Shown: piece by piece, positions 13,706 through 26,105 of the stretch
Numbering within the stretch: the first letter of the stretch is position 1
How the letters are laid out: every line of letters begins with the position of its first letter
DNA from: Octopus sinensis
Lineage: Eukaryota
Length of the DNA stretch: 64,000 nucleotides
Assembly: GCF_006345805.1 (NCBI RefSeq)
Contig: NC_042999.1
Coordinates: 57,908,001-57,972,000 of the forward strand
Direction of reading: 5' to 3'
Notes under the pieces: model-generated
Told to the model about the DNA's origin: nothing
Seen by the model: only the letters and a program-made list of their open reading frames with translations
The model's database searches: none
Made by a program: the position numbers and the translations under genes

Positions 13706-15732
13706 AATCAATATTTTATCACAACTATTTAATACGAAAGACTCTGCCAGTAACTCTTGTATCAAAATATTGATTAAGAAAAAAGAAAAAGGGAATCGCT
13801 TTAATGAGAACTTTGTGCCTGGCGACTACGACACCACGCCCTACCGTAACTTTCCCCACCGGTGGGGCATAGGCTCCACGTTGGGAATCACTGATCAAAA
13901 GAAGAAAAATAACATGATGAATAAAGTATTCAGCAAAGAGAAAACGTTTAGCTATGTTGAATGATGCCAAATCTAGTTCAGCCCTGATTAGTCAGCCCCA
14001 TGTTATTTACGTATAATGTTTATGTAGAATTTTCCGAGGTGTCTTTTTTTTTTAAAAAAAGATACAAAAATATAGTTTGAAAGAGATTTGTTCGCCACTT
14101 CTAGCAGATTGAGTACCATGTAATGTAATTTCCTGGTTGAAGTTCATAAAATCATAGTGATCTAGAAAGTTTATTTCAATAAAACATTTCATAATTATAA
14201 GTGTTATAAACTCCAAACAGCAAGGGAAAGGTGAGGAAAATGTTGGATTTATTTTGAATAGAGTTTCGCCCTGGGCACATGTGAGAATTCTTCAACAATC
14301 CACGGCGGCACACCAAGCAATACAAGTCGCTGAATCTGATAAAGATCGAGCCAGCGTCGTAATTGTATGTTTTCGTTAATTATCTGCTGAGCTGTATTTT
14401 GTTGGGATTCACAATAAAACGAGGAGCAGCAGGGCTCGACGAGACGTGCAAATCGAATTGAAATGAAATTGAAACGAATTCGATTTTACGAACGAAAAAT
14501 AAGAAATTACCCCTTATAGCTTATTTGTCTGACAAAGCAGACCTATAATAAAAAAGCATCCCCTCTGTTCAGAAGTAATACATATCTAAGGGGTCTTCAT
14601 TTGCTCCAGATTGTTTTTTGGGGTCAATTTGTCAACATATTAAGAAAAGTGTGCATGAGATTAAAAACAGTTTTTGTTATCTCCCTTTGACCGATGTATA
14701 CCGTTTCTTTGCTCGCCACTAACTGGATATGTCTATTTAGAAATCAAGAAAGAAAATGTGCTTAGAGCTATTTGCATAATGAAATATAACGATTGCTTAA
14801 ACGAAAGAATACAAGAAATAAAACTATTTTGTAGATACATTTAAAAAAACGTATAGCCTTTAAAAAAAATTGACAATTTTATTTTTTTATAGCCTTTCAT
14901 TGTTTTATTACCCTGAACATGAACTCACTTCATTGTCACTTAGCTCTTTTCTATAGAGATTTCCATCCTTTTGGAATTGGTAAAATAAAATAGCAGTCAA
15001 ATACTGAGGTCGATGGTATCGACTAACCCCCTCCGCTCAAAAATCGCTAGCCTTGCGCCTAAATCAAAAATCAATATTATCGTTGTTGATATTGAGGTTT
15101 CTGTAAATAATTTTGGATGATCTTTCTGCCCAACTATTACATGGAAAGTTACAATTTTCTGTTCGTATATCTCAGCGACACACCGTTACACAAAAACACA
15201 ATAAAAAGGACTTCTACTCTTATAAAAATTAAATATCTTATCATGCTTAAAACTTCAGATAATTATTTCTCAACTTAAAAGAATTTAATTGGTGTCATTT
15301 TCACAAACATAAGGTATGGCCAATTTTTCAATAAAATGAAGACTAGTTTATTGTGTAATACTTGAGCAGCTGTTTTCTTTTTTATAAAACAAACTATAAC
15401 TTTGATTTTGAATTATGCTAGAAATCCAAGCTTGTGTCCGGTAACAATATATTTACCTTAATACATATATTACTTGATTTTGTTTCCTTGTAACTTTTGG
15501 TCTTAACTATCGCTCTGTGTGTGTGTACATGATCCCCGAAGAAACTTCAAGTTGCATGAAGCCGAATCAGACTGTTTTAAACAATAATACATGTAACTGC
15601 TACTCATGCGTGTGTATGTGTGTATATATATATATATACAGAGAGAGAGAGGGGGGGAGGGGAATTATGCGGATAAACAAATTAGATATACTAAATATAA
15701 TATATTTAAGTATAAATATATATGGGTAGCAG

Positions 15733-15878
15733 CACGAAATTTTGTCAGTGAACAGGTCGCGGTTTCAAAGTGACGAAAATATTTTGACACAAATTAAATT
15801 TAAACATTGAAGTGAATCTAACGGTTTTTGTGTGTGTTTTAAATGGCTTATAAACACCTTCCACGCTGCAATTGTTTT
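15733..15878. repeat. Interspersed repeat of unknown class (partial relative at ~30460-30545)
   Basis: AAAACAATTGCAGCGTGGAAGGTGTTTATAAGCCATT (minus) resembles AAAATGATTGCAGTAGGGAAGACACATGTTAGCCATT at ~30507. Confidence 0.45.
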
Positions 15879-15881
15879 ATA

Positions 15882-16277
15882 AATATATAGATATTTATAT
15901 AAATCGATCCAACTTGCACAGAGTACAAACGATAGAGGAAATCAAAGGGGTAGAAGAAAGGTGTTATAAGTCCAACAGCTGTTTCTGAGGCGCGGAGATC
16001 CATGATAATATTAGTAAATGTAGTTTTTGAACTTTCCAGCATTAACATCTGAAATGTAAGATCTCTACCCTGATGACGGAGGCTCGCCTTATCCAATGTT
16101 GATTGTATCCATTACGGCCGCATATTGTAATGAAATACATCTACCAACATTGTCATGGATTTCAAAGCCCCCAGAAACAGTTGTTGGACTTATAACACCT
16201 TTCTTCCGCACCTTTAATTTTCTATATCGTTTGTGCTCTGTGTAAGTTGGATCTATTAATATGAATATCAATATATT
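15882..16277. repeat. Fold-back inverted repeat (arms ~15882-16012 and ~16146-16277)
   Basis: GATCCAACTTGCACAGAG...GTTATAAGTCCAACAGCTGTTTCTG mirrored. Confidence 0.9.
16068..16187 (+). ncRNA. Decayed hammerhead ribozyme with ~97-nt stem II
   Basis: CTGATGA 16070-16076, long internal hairpin, GAAACAGTTGT-T 16174-16185; stem I only 2 bp. Confidence 0.5.
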
Positions 16278-16474
16278 CATATTTAAATGCTTAAGGGATG
16301 GTATCATCCAATGAATTACTGGTTTAATACCTAATGTTTGTTGTGAATAATAATATTATTCATAAAACAATAGCTTTATATATAAATCATGGTTTATAAT
16401 CATTCAAAAGAAAGTAAGAAAATGGAGATATAACATTTAATAAAAAATTTATTACCTGCCAAAATCAAACATAG

Positions 16475-16559
16475 TCCCTTACAGCTGTTTCAATTAAGCC
16501 TAATAGATTAAATAGCAATTATTAAAATCATTATATTAGGCAAAATCTCTTCAGAGGGA
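16475..16559 (-). ncRNA. Type I hammerhead ribozyme (palindromic stem III ACAGCUGU)
   Basis: UCCCU-CUGAAGA-[GAUU..GCCUAAUA/UAUUAGGC..AAUU]-GAA-ACAGCUGU-A-AGGGA; GUA triplet, 5-bp stem I. Confidence 0.8.
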
Positions 16560-16654
16560 TAGAAAAAAGATATACCGTTAGGTTTTTAAGTGTTGCATTT
16601 TAGAATTAAAAAAAACAACACTTAAAAACCTAACGGTATATCTTTTTTCTTTAA

Positions 16655-16737
16655 CCCTCTGAAGAGATATTGCCTAATATAATGATTTTAATAATTGCTA
16701 TTTAATCTACTAGGCTTACTTGAAACAGCTGTTAGGG
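16655..16737 (+). ncRNA. Type I hammerhead ribozyme, mirror copy
   Basis: CCCU-CUGAAGA-[weaker stem II]-GAA-ACAGCUGU-U-AGGG; GUU triplet. Confidence 0.68.
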
Positions 16738-17092
16738 AATATGTTTGATTTTTGCAGGTAATAAAATTTTATTAAGTGTTATATCTCCATTTTTTTACTT
16801 TCTTTTGAATGGTTATTTAAATAGTTATCGTTTGAAAGTGTCCACCTTTTTGCTTTCTCTTATTTTGCATGTATACATATATGTATATTTTGCACTTCAT
16901 ATTATATTTGATATATATAATTTGTTTATCTGCATAACTTGCCTCTGCATTCGCTCAACTTGATCCCTCTTATAGCATATTGTTTACCCTGTTGAATCGA
17001 TCACCTGTAAAGGTATCGGGGTCTAAGTTTGAATATCTTGAGCACTACTAAGTGTCTTCTATACTGAGAATCTATGGGGGTCATTTGTGGAC

Positions 17093-17207
<115 letters not shown>

Positions 17208-18390
17208 ATATACATACGTACTGATGTATGTATATATGTTTCTACGTATATGACACACCCACGCATACACACTTATACGTGTGTGTGTGATGTCCGCATA
17301 TATTATATATGCATGTTGAAAGTCGAACAGCCTGTGAATTTTACAGCTAACCTTGAATATTGGAACTCGATATATAAACCGAATAAAAAGCAAGAATAAA
17401 ATAGTTCAAGTGTGAAATAAAGTAAATCGACAACAATAATTTCCTTTATTCAAATAACATTTCAAAGAAAACCCATTAAAAACACCGAGCTTACACAATA
17501 ATTTCGATGCTTCGAACATCGAACAGGCGGTGAAGTGTAATAATGATCCTACATTAAATTTTCTTCCACTAGTAAGGATATTACCTCGCAGTTGTTTAAC
17601 CCTATTTTAGCCCTGATCAAAAGAGTTCCAGCCATGACAATCTCATTTCATTCGGAACTAGAATATCCAATGTGTCTTTTATTAAGGAGACAGTAATTTC
17701 TGAGCGTTCACACTACAAGAAGTTTCGTTGCTATCTCTAGCGGATACAGCTATCTCTAGCGGATACAGATTCAAGCTTCTTTCAGTTTCCATCTACCTAA
17801 TTCCCTCACAAGGCTTTAGTCAGTCTTGGCTGTAATAGTCGACACTTGCCCATATGCTTACAACCGAGAGAGTTCTGTGTGGTAGCTCGACCTGTTAGGA
17901 AATAAGCCTTTAGTTTTAAAATGCGGGGGGAAAAGAAACATACTGGTAAATGTAGGCAACGATGCACATTACCTGGAAAAAGTCGCGATGGTCAGAGCTG
18001 GAACGTCCATGATCATAAGTCAATTCAATCTGAGTTGACTTGGGGCTAAACAACTCGGAAAAATTAACGAAAAGCATATCCAAGAAATCTCTTTTTTAAA
18101 AGGACATCAACAAGACGCGAATTGCAGAGATATTAAAATGTAACTTCCATATATAGATTGCTTTTCTTTTAGTTCAAATTCTTTATTCTCTACATTGTCT
18201 GCTTCTTTTCGGTTAATGTTTGAATGTTTTTGTGTACATTTATTCATAAAACAAACGCGTTAAGACACACACGCATATATGTTCAAATATAGACATACAT
18301 GTGTGCGTAAAGGAATCTAGTGCAAAGTATGAAACCCGCGACCCGTGACTCACCTATGTAAAGTTTCAGCTGATTAATCTGAATGTGTGT

Positions 18391-19375
18391 ATCATCATCA
18401 TCGTCCTTTAACGTCCGTTGTCCATGCTGACATGGGTTGGACGGTTTAACCAGGCTGATTAGCTGCGGGGCTGCACCAGACTCCAGTCTGATTTAGCATG
18501 GTTTCTACAGCTGGATGCCCTATCCTAACACCAACAACTCCGAGAGTCTAATAGGTGCTTTTGCGTGCCACCGGTATGTGGGCCAGTTGCGTGACACCAG
18601 TATCTGCTACGACTATGATTTCACTTGGCTTGATGAATCTGCTTCTCAAGCACAGCATATTGCCAAAGATTTCAGTCATTTGTCATTGCTTCTGTGAGGC
18701 CCAACGCTTGAAAAGTGATCTTTACGTGTCACTGGCACAGGTGCCAGTTACGTGACACCAACAACGACCACGACTATATTTCACTTGGCTTGACAGGTCT
18801 TCTCAAACACGGCATATCGCCAAAGGTCTCAGTCACTAGTCATAGCCTTCGTGAGGCCCAACATTCGTAGATCATGCTTCACCACCTGGTCCCGTGTCTT
18901 CCACTTCCACCCTCTACTATTAGAGATTGGCACTTCTTCAAACAGCTGTCCACATTCATCCACATCACATGACCATACCAACACAGTAGTCTCTCTTGCA
19001 CACTACATCTGATGCCTCTTAAGTCCAACTTTTCTCTCAAGACACTTACACCCTGTCATACATACATACACACTGACATTGCACATCCAGCAAAGCATAC
19101 TGGCTTCATTTCTTTCAAGCCTTCACATGTCCTCTGCAGTCACAACCCATGTTTCACTGCCATGTAGCATGGCTGTTTGCACACAGGCATCATACAGTCT
19201 GCCTTTCACTCTGAGGGAGGGGCCCTTTGTTACCAACAGAGTTAGAAGCTCTCTGAACTTTACCCAGCCTATTCTTATTCTAACAGCTATGCTCTCGGAG
19301 CATCCACCTCTGCTACTGACTTTGGTCACCTAGATAATAGAAGCTATCAACTACTTCCAGCTTTCCCTGCTGGCA
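18391..19375 (-). mobile_element. RTE-like LINE 3' fragment (end of RT, 3' UTR, (GAT)n tail)
   Basis: RIRIGWVKFRELL...KGRLYDACVQTAMLHGSETW, downstream WYGHV-like and GRPR-like segments; (GAT)n tail. Confidence 0.88.
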
Positions 19376-19707
19376 TTTAATGGTGTTTATTTTCTGTACA
19401 CGTTTAGTGTTAACTGTACTTGTGCACCTTCCACACACAAAAACTAGTTTCCCTGTTAACCTTCCTCTGATATTGCTGCACCTCTTATGTGTCCATAGCT
19501 TACACCAGGTACATCTTATGGTGTTTCTACCTATGCCTTTTCTACTGATTGAGCAGGGACATCTACCTACCTCAAGGGATTTATATTATTATCATCATCA
19601 TCGTTTTAGCATCCACTTTTCCATGTTTCTATGGGCCAGACAGAATTAGTTAAGGCAGATTTTCTACAGTCAAGTGTTCCTTCTGTTGCCAACACTCATC
19701 TGCTTCT

Positions 19708-19933
19708 TATTTCTTTACTACCCACAAGGAGCTACACACAGAGGGGACAAACAAGGACGGACAGAGATTAAGTTGATTATATCGACCCCAGTGCATAACT
19801 GGTACTTATTTAATTGACCCCGAAAGGATGAAAGGCAAAGTCGACCTCGGCGGAATTTGAACTCAGAACGTAACGGCAGACAGAATACTGGTAAGCATTT
19901 TGCCCAGCGTGCTAACATTTCTGCCAGCTCACC
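19708..19933 (-). mobile_element. SINE family B
   Basis: Full family B consensus. Confidence 0.9.
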
Positions 19934-19934
19934 A

Positions 19935-21400
19935 CAGAGAGCTGCAAATATTCCGATTTCAAGTCGACAATCATCGCCACCTTCATCATCTGTCTCCATT
20001 TGCATAGTGTCTCACCGCAGATGTCAGTCACCTTGCCACCCATGGCCATTCATCTCCCAAAAGTCCAGTACCAGCCTGCCTTTCCCTTTGTTGGCTGCAG
20101 CACTGCCATTAGTGGTAGCACTCTGCTCACCACCTCCTCCTTCCATGGGATAAGAAAGCACGCCTTAATCCACCTCTCCTTCGAACTCACTCCTGGTATG
20201 TCCTTTCAAGATATGCTGGTAGCAGCTCAGCCTGTTCTTCAACATCGGAGGCTTCCCTTTCCAATCTCACTCTACCATCCACCGCTGACCCTCGAACACC
20301 ACCTGAAAATCTTTGTGCTCAACAGTGCAAGCAGTTCAATCCCTTGTGGAGCTCTTCTCCCTCTCATGTTGCAGACTCATGGCACATGACGCCTCTGCAC
20401 CACCAAACGAAACCACATCTCTACCAACACTGACACCTTTAAGGCGGTTGATCGCATCCATCCACATCACCACATCAATTCCATCTACCACATGGTCAAT
20501 CACAATCGCCTGCAGCCTCAGTGTTGTGCCCCGCACCACTATCTCCACATCGCTGTTACCTTTACATTCAATATTTCTGCCATCAACTGCCCAAACACTA
20601 TTCATCCCTTTTGATTTTTGACACACTTGGGGTCATGAGAAATGTTATACAGCCCGTATCCAAGAGGGCTTTGAACGCCTTTCCCAAAACCAAGACTTCA
20701 ACTACGGGCAGTGACTGCACGAGCACCTCTTCTCACTCAAGGGGGAAGTTTGAGTGTCAGCAGCACCCTCATGGCCTTTCCCCTGGCTGCAATTTTGAGT
20801 GATGTGCCCAGTCTGCCTGCACCAATAGCAAATAGGTCTGGACTTCATCTCTGTGCACTCCCTGGCCCTTGAAGCACTAGCCCATGAATGGTAGCAGTTG
20901 CTCCACAGCAGTTTTCTTCATTCTTTACCAGTTGTTGCATTATGTCACGGCCTTCCGAAGCTGCTATCACCACTGCCTTCCACCTGGTGCCTTATGTTGA
21001 CACACAGGCTTTAGTGATGAGCTCGCTCATTGCCATTTTCTTGCTGCCTGGCAATTGTTGCAGTCACACTGATATGTCGTCAGGAAAGCCATTGACGAAG
21101 GCCAGCCATGCCACCTTCTCTAGACCCTCTCTGGTAAAACCTCCATAGCATACTCGCTGACCTGTTCCCCTGTACACCTGATCGTTCCTAGTTTAGCAAA
21201 CGTTCCCTCCATATAGGTTTTCTTCAAGCACTGCTCCATCTTCACCACACTCAACTGGTCTTCCTCATCCATCTCAAGGTAAAACTCCAGCACACTTCCC
21301 TCCAGGTACAGAGCCATGACACCTGCTACATCACTGATGCCTTGTAACCTGGCCACTACCTTGATCTTTTGGATCCAGGTCACCACATCTCTTTTGACAA
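19935..21400 (-). mobile_element. Ty3/gypsy-like LTR retrotransposon relic (gag, CCHC knuckle, protease, RT start)
   Basis: CYWCRQTGHITQNC knuckle (~20790-20830), ALLDTGC protease motif (~20650-20680), VLDF and IVDLKS..LQL RT-like motifs; stops and frameshifts. Confidence 0.85.
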
Positions 21401-21981
21401 ATGACCCTGGTCTTGCTTTCCTCACTTACTCTCTCCCCCTTCTTGTTCCAGTCAGGCCCCTTGACCATTGACATCACAGCCCTTTCCTTCCAACTCATCT
21501 CATCTACACACCAGCCAAGAACAGGAGCAGTCCTTCCACTAAGCTTCCACACAGTTTGTGGTTTTTAAATTTCCCTCCCAAGTTTTTTCACCAATTTAGG
21601 ACTATGTTAGAAGACACTTTCCCAAAGCATTGCAACCAAACTTCTTTATGCCAGGTGATGAGAAATGAAAGCGTGAGAGAGGGACAGGAACCAATGTCTT
21701 TATCATCATGGTTTTAATGTCCACTTCTCCATGCTTACAAGGATCAAACCTTTTCAAAGTGGATTTTCCATGGCTTGATGTGCTTCCTGTTGCTAACTCT
21801 TACCTGTTTCCAAGTCATGTAATATTTCCCCATAACCAAACATTCTTTTCATGGAAGATTGACAATGTAGGACACTGCTTGCAACTATCACATGATGTCA
21901 AAGCAAGGAAACATTTACAGACACACACACATATATACTTACCATGATGATGACAATGATATATATATATATATATATATA

Positions 21982-22900
21982 CAAGGGTTAATCAAAAATT
22001 GTACTGTCTTGTTTCTGAAATTTAGTTGAACTGTTGCATAATTTTTCAACATAGCTTCTTTTCAGTGCACTTCTTCCAGAGGTCCACAGCTTGCTTATTT
22101 CATAGGAAAAGGAGGTTTTCAGCTGGTTGCACAGTCATCTATGCACCATTTCCTGCGCTTATTCATCTGTAGAAAATTGACAACCTCATAAAAGATGTTT
22201 GAGCTATCCAAAGAGGTGATAGTTGGAAGGGACAAAATCTGGACTGTATGCAGTGTGTTTCAGAAACTTGAAACCAAATTCTTCAATAGTTGAACAGTGT
22301 GGGCAGCCGTATATATGCATACATTGTAGTGCAACAATAACACTTGCTCTGATAATGCACCTCGGCATTTGGTGTAGATTACTGGTTTCAGTTTGTTGAC
22401 CACCTTTACACTATGGCCCACACTAGTGACAGTTGATCCCTTTCCCAGATAATGTTCCAGTATAAGCCTTTCGTGTCCCAAAAAATGGTTAGCATCGCTT
22501 TTTTCTGTGGAAGTTTGAGTCTTGAACTATTTTTACACTGGCAATTCCAAGTGTTTCAACTCTATACTCTGTCTTTTGGATTCTGGCTCAAAGTGGCAGA
22601 CCCAGGCCTCATCTCTTGTTACTATTCTCTCCTAAAAAGCTTCACCTTCATCACTGTTACAGCCGAGTAAGTGTTGATAAATCACACGAATGCACTTAAG
22701 TGCTTCAGTAAGCTTTCTTGGTACCCATCTCACATAAACTTTGCAATGACAAATCTTGTCCTGGGTGATTTTGTATGCAGAACCATAACTAATTTGCAGA
22801 GAACATGCCACTTCATCTATCATACTCTCAATTTTGGTCAACTTGTGCCACAGGGTCTCGGAGGAGATAGTGTTAGTTGAAGGCTACCAAACCTGCCAAA
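21982..22900 (-). mobile_element. mariner transposon fragment (one TIR retained)
   Basis: WVPRKLT motif, PDFVPSNYHLFG (YSPDLAPSD-like), TA-CAAGGGTTAATCAAAAA end. Confidence 0.8.
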
Positions 22901-23513
22901 CGCAGACAACTTCAACTTTATATATAAAGATTACATGTGATTTGTGAATACAGGTCCAAATGGGACAGAATTCAGACATATTAAATGTAACTGATCTTAA
23001 TTTACAACATCAGTCAAGGTGGAGTTTACAAAAATATGTTTAAAAGAATGTATATACATAAGTCAACAAGAAAATTTATGTTGTAGAAACAATGTCATGG
23101 AAAAGTACACATATATCTTCATGCTTTCTAATGTCAATTGAATAAAGTGTATTTGCTATAGAAAATAAAGATGTGTCTGTTTTTGTAAAATCAAATTGTA
23201 AACACACTATAGTGAACAGCAAGTAGAAAATGTTGATAACATATGTTTATGAGTAGAAATGAGGTAATAAATGATTTTTTTTCATTCAGACAAGATTGCT
23301 TTATGATTTAAAATAACAGATTTCGTCCTGTCATGACTAAGTGCAAAGCTAACAACTAGTTAAGAGTTAGAGAGTGTGAAATAATACAGCTTAACTTATG
23401 GTTATTGGTGCAACTAGACAACTAGAGAGAAGCTGAGACAGTCGTGTATTTTCTTAAATAGAGAAAAATTGCTCCCAGGCAACTAGTCTCTGGGTAAAAT
23501 AATTCTTGTGACA

Positions 23514-23912
23514 GGCACAGGAGTGGTTGTGTGGTAAGTAGCTTGCTTACAAGCCACATGGTTCTGAGTTCAGTCTCACTGCATGGCACCTTGGGCAAAT
23601 GTCTTCTACTATAGCCTTGGGCTGACCAAAACCTTGTGAGTGGATTTGGTAGACGGAAACTGAAAGAAGCCCATTGTCTATATGTATATATATATATGTA
23701 TGTATGTGTGTCTGTGTTTGTCCCCCAACATCACTTGACAGCTGATGGTGGTGTGTTTACGTCCCCCGCAACTTAGCGGTTCGGCAAAAAAGACCAATAG
23801 AATAAATACTAGGCTTACAAAGAATAAGTGCTGGGGTCGATTTGCTCGACTAAAGGCGATGCTCCAGCTTGGCCACAGTCAAATGACTGAAACCAGTAAA
23901 AGAGTAAAGAGA
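23514..23912 (+). mobile_element. SINE family A
   Basis: Full consensus. Confidence 0.9.
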
Positions 23913-24059
23913 GAGATTCATGATTCAACATTACTTGCATCAATTGGTGAATATTCATCTGTCACACCTGACTTTACACTTTATGAATGAATGTATGTAC
24001 ATGTGTGTGTGTGTGTGTATGTGTATTTATATATATATATATATATATATATACTTTTT

Positions 24060-24205
24060 TAAAAGCAGCAGAAATATAACAAAAGCTGTTACTCAGAGTT
24101 TTTGTTATATTTCTGCTGCTTTTAAATAAAGCATATTACTCTACCTCTGGTATTTGAGTACTCTTTTTTCCACCTTGTTTCACATTTATGTGCTTACTCC
24201 GGTAT
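24060..24205 (+). mobile_element. Short PLE pLTR-like element with fold-back, same family as 36739-36960, flanked by (TA)n
   Basis: 25-bp arms 24060-24084 / 24100-24124 around GCTGTTACTCAGAGT; shared tail AATAAAGCATATTACTCTACC...CTCCGG. Confidence 0.75.
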
Positions 24206-24219
24206 ATATACATACATAC

Positions 24220-24316
<97 letters not shown>

Positions 24317-24338
24317 TAGATATATATATATATATATA

Positions 24339-24735
24339 GGCACAGGAATGGGTGTGTGGTAAGTAGCTTGCTAACCAACCACATGATTCCAGGTTCAGTC
24401 CCACTGCGTGGCATCTTGGGCAAGTGTCTTCTGCTATAGCCCCGGGCCAACCAATGCCTTGTGAGTGGATTTGGTAGACGGAAACTGAAAGAAGCCTGTC
24501 GTATATATGTATATATATGTACGTGTGTGTGTTTGTGTGTCTGTGTTTGTTCCCCTAGCATTGCTTGACAACCGATGCTGGTGTGTTTACGTCCCCGTCA
24601 CTTAGCTGTTCGGCAAAAAGAGACCAATAGAATAAGTACTGGGCTTACAAAAAGAATAAGTCCCAGGGTCGAGTTGCTCGACTAAAGGCGGTGCTCCAGC
24701 ATGGTCGCAGTCAAATGACTGAAAACAGTAAAGAG
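24339..24735 (+). mobile_element. SINE family A
   Basis: Full consensus. Confidence 0.9.
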
Positions 24736-25164
24736 TATATATATATATATATTGATTATCTTGTGGTACTAAAACATAAAAGATGTTAGAACTGTAAGGA
24801 GTTTGTAGAATAAACAGGAATTATCACATGTAGAATAAACAGGATTACATATCATGCACGCGACGTGGACAGCCTTCCTGATCTTCGTTCGCGAAGCCCA
24901 GCCATGATATCCTTTAGAACCAGATATGTAACCTTGCTCACCTTGTGTGTGGGGTGGGGTGGAGGGCGAATTTCATATCTCAAATAGTAACATCAGGCAC
25001 ACAAGTACTTCCCTTTCTCATGAGCTGACCATGCATATGTAACAAGGGGGCCATTTCAGCACATTACAAGAGACCAAAGAAACTTGACAGAAAAAATAAA
25101 ACACCATCAAAAAAACACGAGTAGATAATATTAACATCTTATATAGATTTCCACACAATAGTTA

Positions 25165-25411
25165 TTTGTTCCTTCTCAAGCTATGCCTGACTCATAAGGG
25201 CCGGTTTCCCGGTTTCCTTGGCGTATAGGTTCCCCACCTGGACGGGACGCCAGTCTGTCGCAGGATTACTCAGTTTTGCCAGCTGAGTGAACAGGTGCAA
25301 CATCAAATGAAGTGTTTTGCCCAAGAACACAACGCATCGCCAGGTCCAGGAATCGAAACCACACCTTACCATCATGAGTTCAACACCCTAACCACTAAGC
25401 CACGCGCCTCC
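25165..25411 (-). mobile_element. tRNA-derived SINE family C (V/Meta-type core-like)
   Basis: GGAGGCGCGTGGCTTAGTGG head, GGTTTCGATTCC B-box, CCTGCGACAGACTGGCGTCCCGTCCAGG core; second copy 43842-44131. Confidence 0.85.
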
Positions 25412-25567
25412 ACACACACACACACACACGCAATAAGTTTCATTAATAGCAAAATGCAAACAAGAGAATTTTAACATCAGCACACCTGATAAACATTGAC
25501 GATTTTATTAGTTACATGATTCCCATGATCCCTGGCTGCCTACCACAAAACACGCAACACACGATCA

Positions 25568-25610
25568 TCCAGTCTGATGAGACGAAGAAAGGTCTTGAAA
25601 CATTAACGGA
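25568..25610 (+). ncRNA. Decayed minimal hammerhead motif
   Basis: TCCAGT-CTGATGA-GAC..GTC-TT-GAAACAT-TAACGGA; 2 extra nt before GAAA, broken stems I and III. Confidence 0.4.
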
Positions 25611-26006
25611 CAGGTCTTAAGAACGTTATTGTTCGAAATTAAACATAAAGGATTAACATGAAGAGAAAAAATAAAGGAATAAGGCAACATGTAAAAGAAA
25701 ATTAAAAAGATGAAACTCGAACACGGTATTGACTTTAATGTGTGTGTATGCAGATAGATATAATGTGTGTGTTTGTATGTGATTCGCGATGTAATCGCCC
25801 TTAAATGTTTTAAATAGATGTAAGTGGAGTTTGACTGTAAAGACACAAATTATTATTGTAAGCCGAGAAACCTGTACTTTGGTGTCTGTTCGGAGTTGGG
25901 AAAATATTTCACTGTTAGAAGTGACGGCTTAAAAATAATTAATTCTATATGTGACGGAATGATGTCACTTTCTGGGAACCTCCTACCTCAACGAAAAAAA
26001 AAACAT

Positions 26007-26105
26007 CACCCTCCTAGAAATAACAGTTACGTCGCCCTCGAAAACGCACTCACACCTCTGCTGTTTTAAACAAACGGCGACGTAACTGTTATTTCTAGGA
26101 GGGTG
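26007..26105. repeat. Perfect 30-bp inverted repeat, 39-bp spacer
   Basis: CACCCTCCTAGAAATAACAGTTACGTCGCC / GGCGACGTAACTGTTATTTCTAGGAGGGTG. Confidence 0.92.

Larger units (their letters stand above)
16396..16816. repeat. Fold-back inverted repeat, ~200-bp arms, 20-bp spacer
   Basis: 16396-16595 mirrors 16616-16816 with about a dozen differences. Confidence 0.95.

Noticed and set aside
13605-13964. 119-aa ORF
   Set aside because: Begins inside a SINE, low complexity, no domain
15740-15800. Three-way-junction-like segment with GAAA
   Set aside because: Has CAGUGAACAG instead of CUGANGA and no NUH next to stem I
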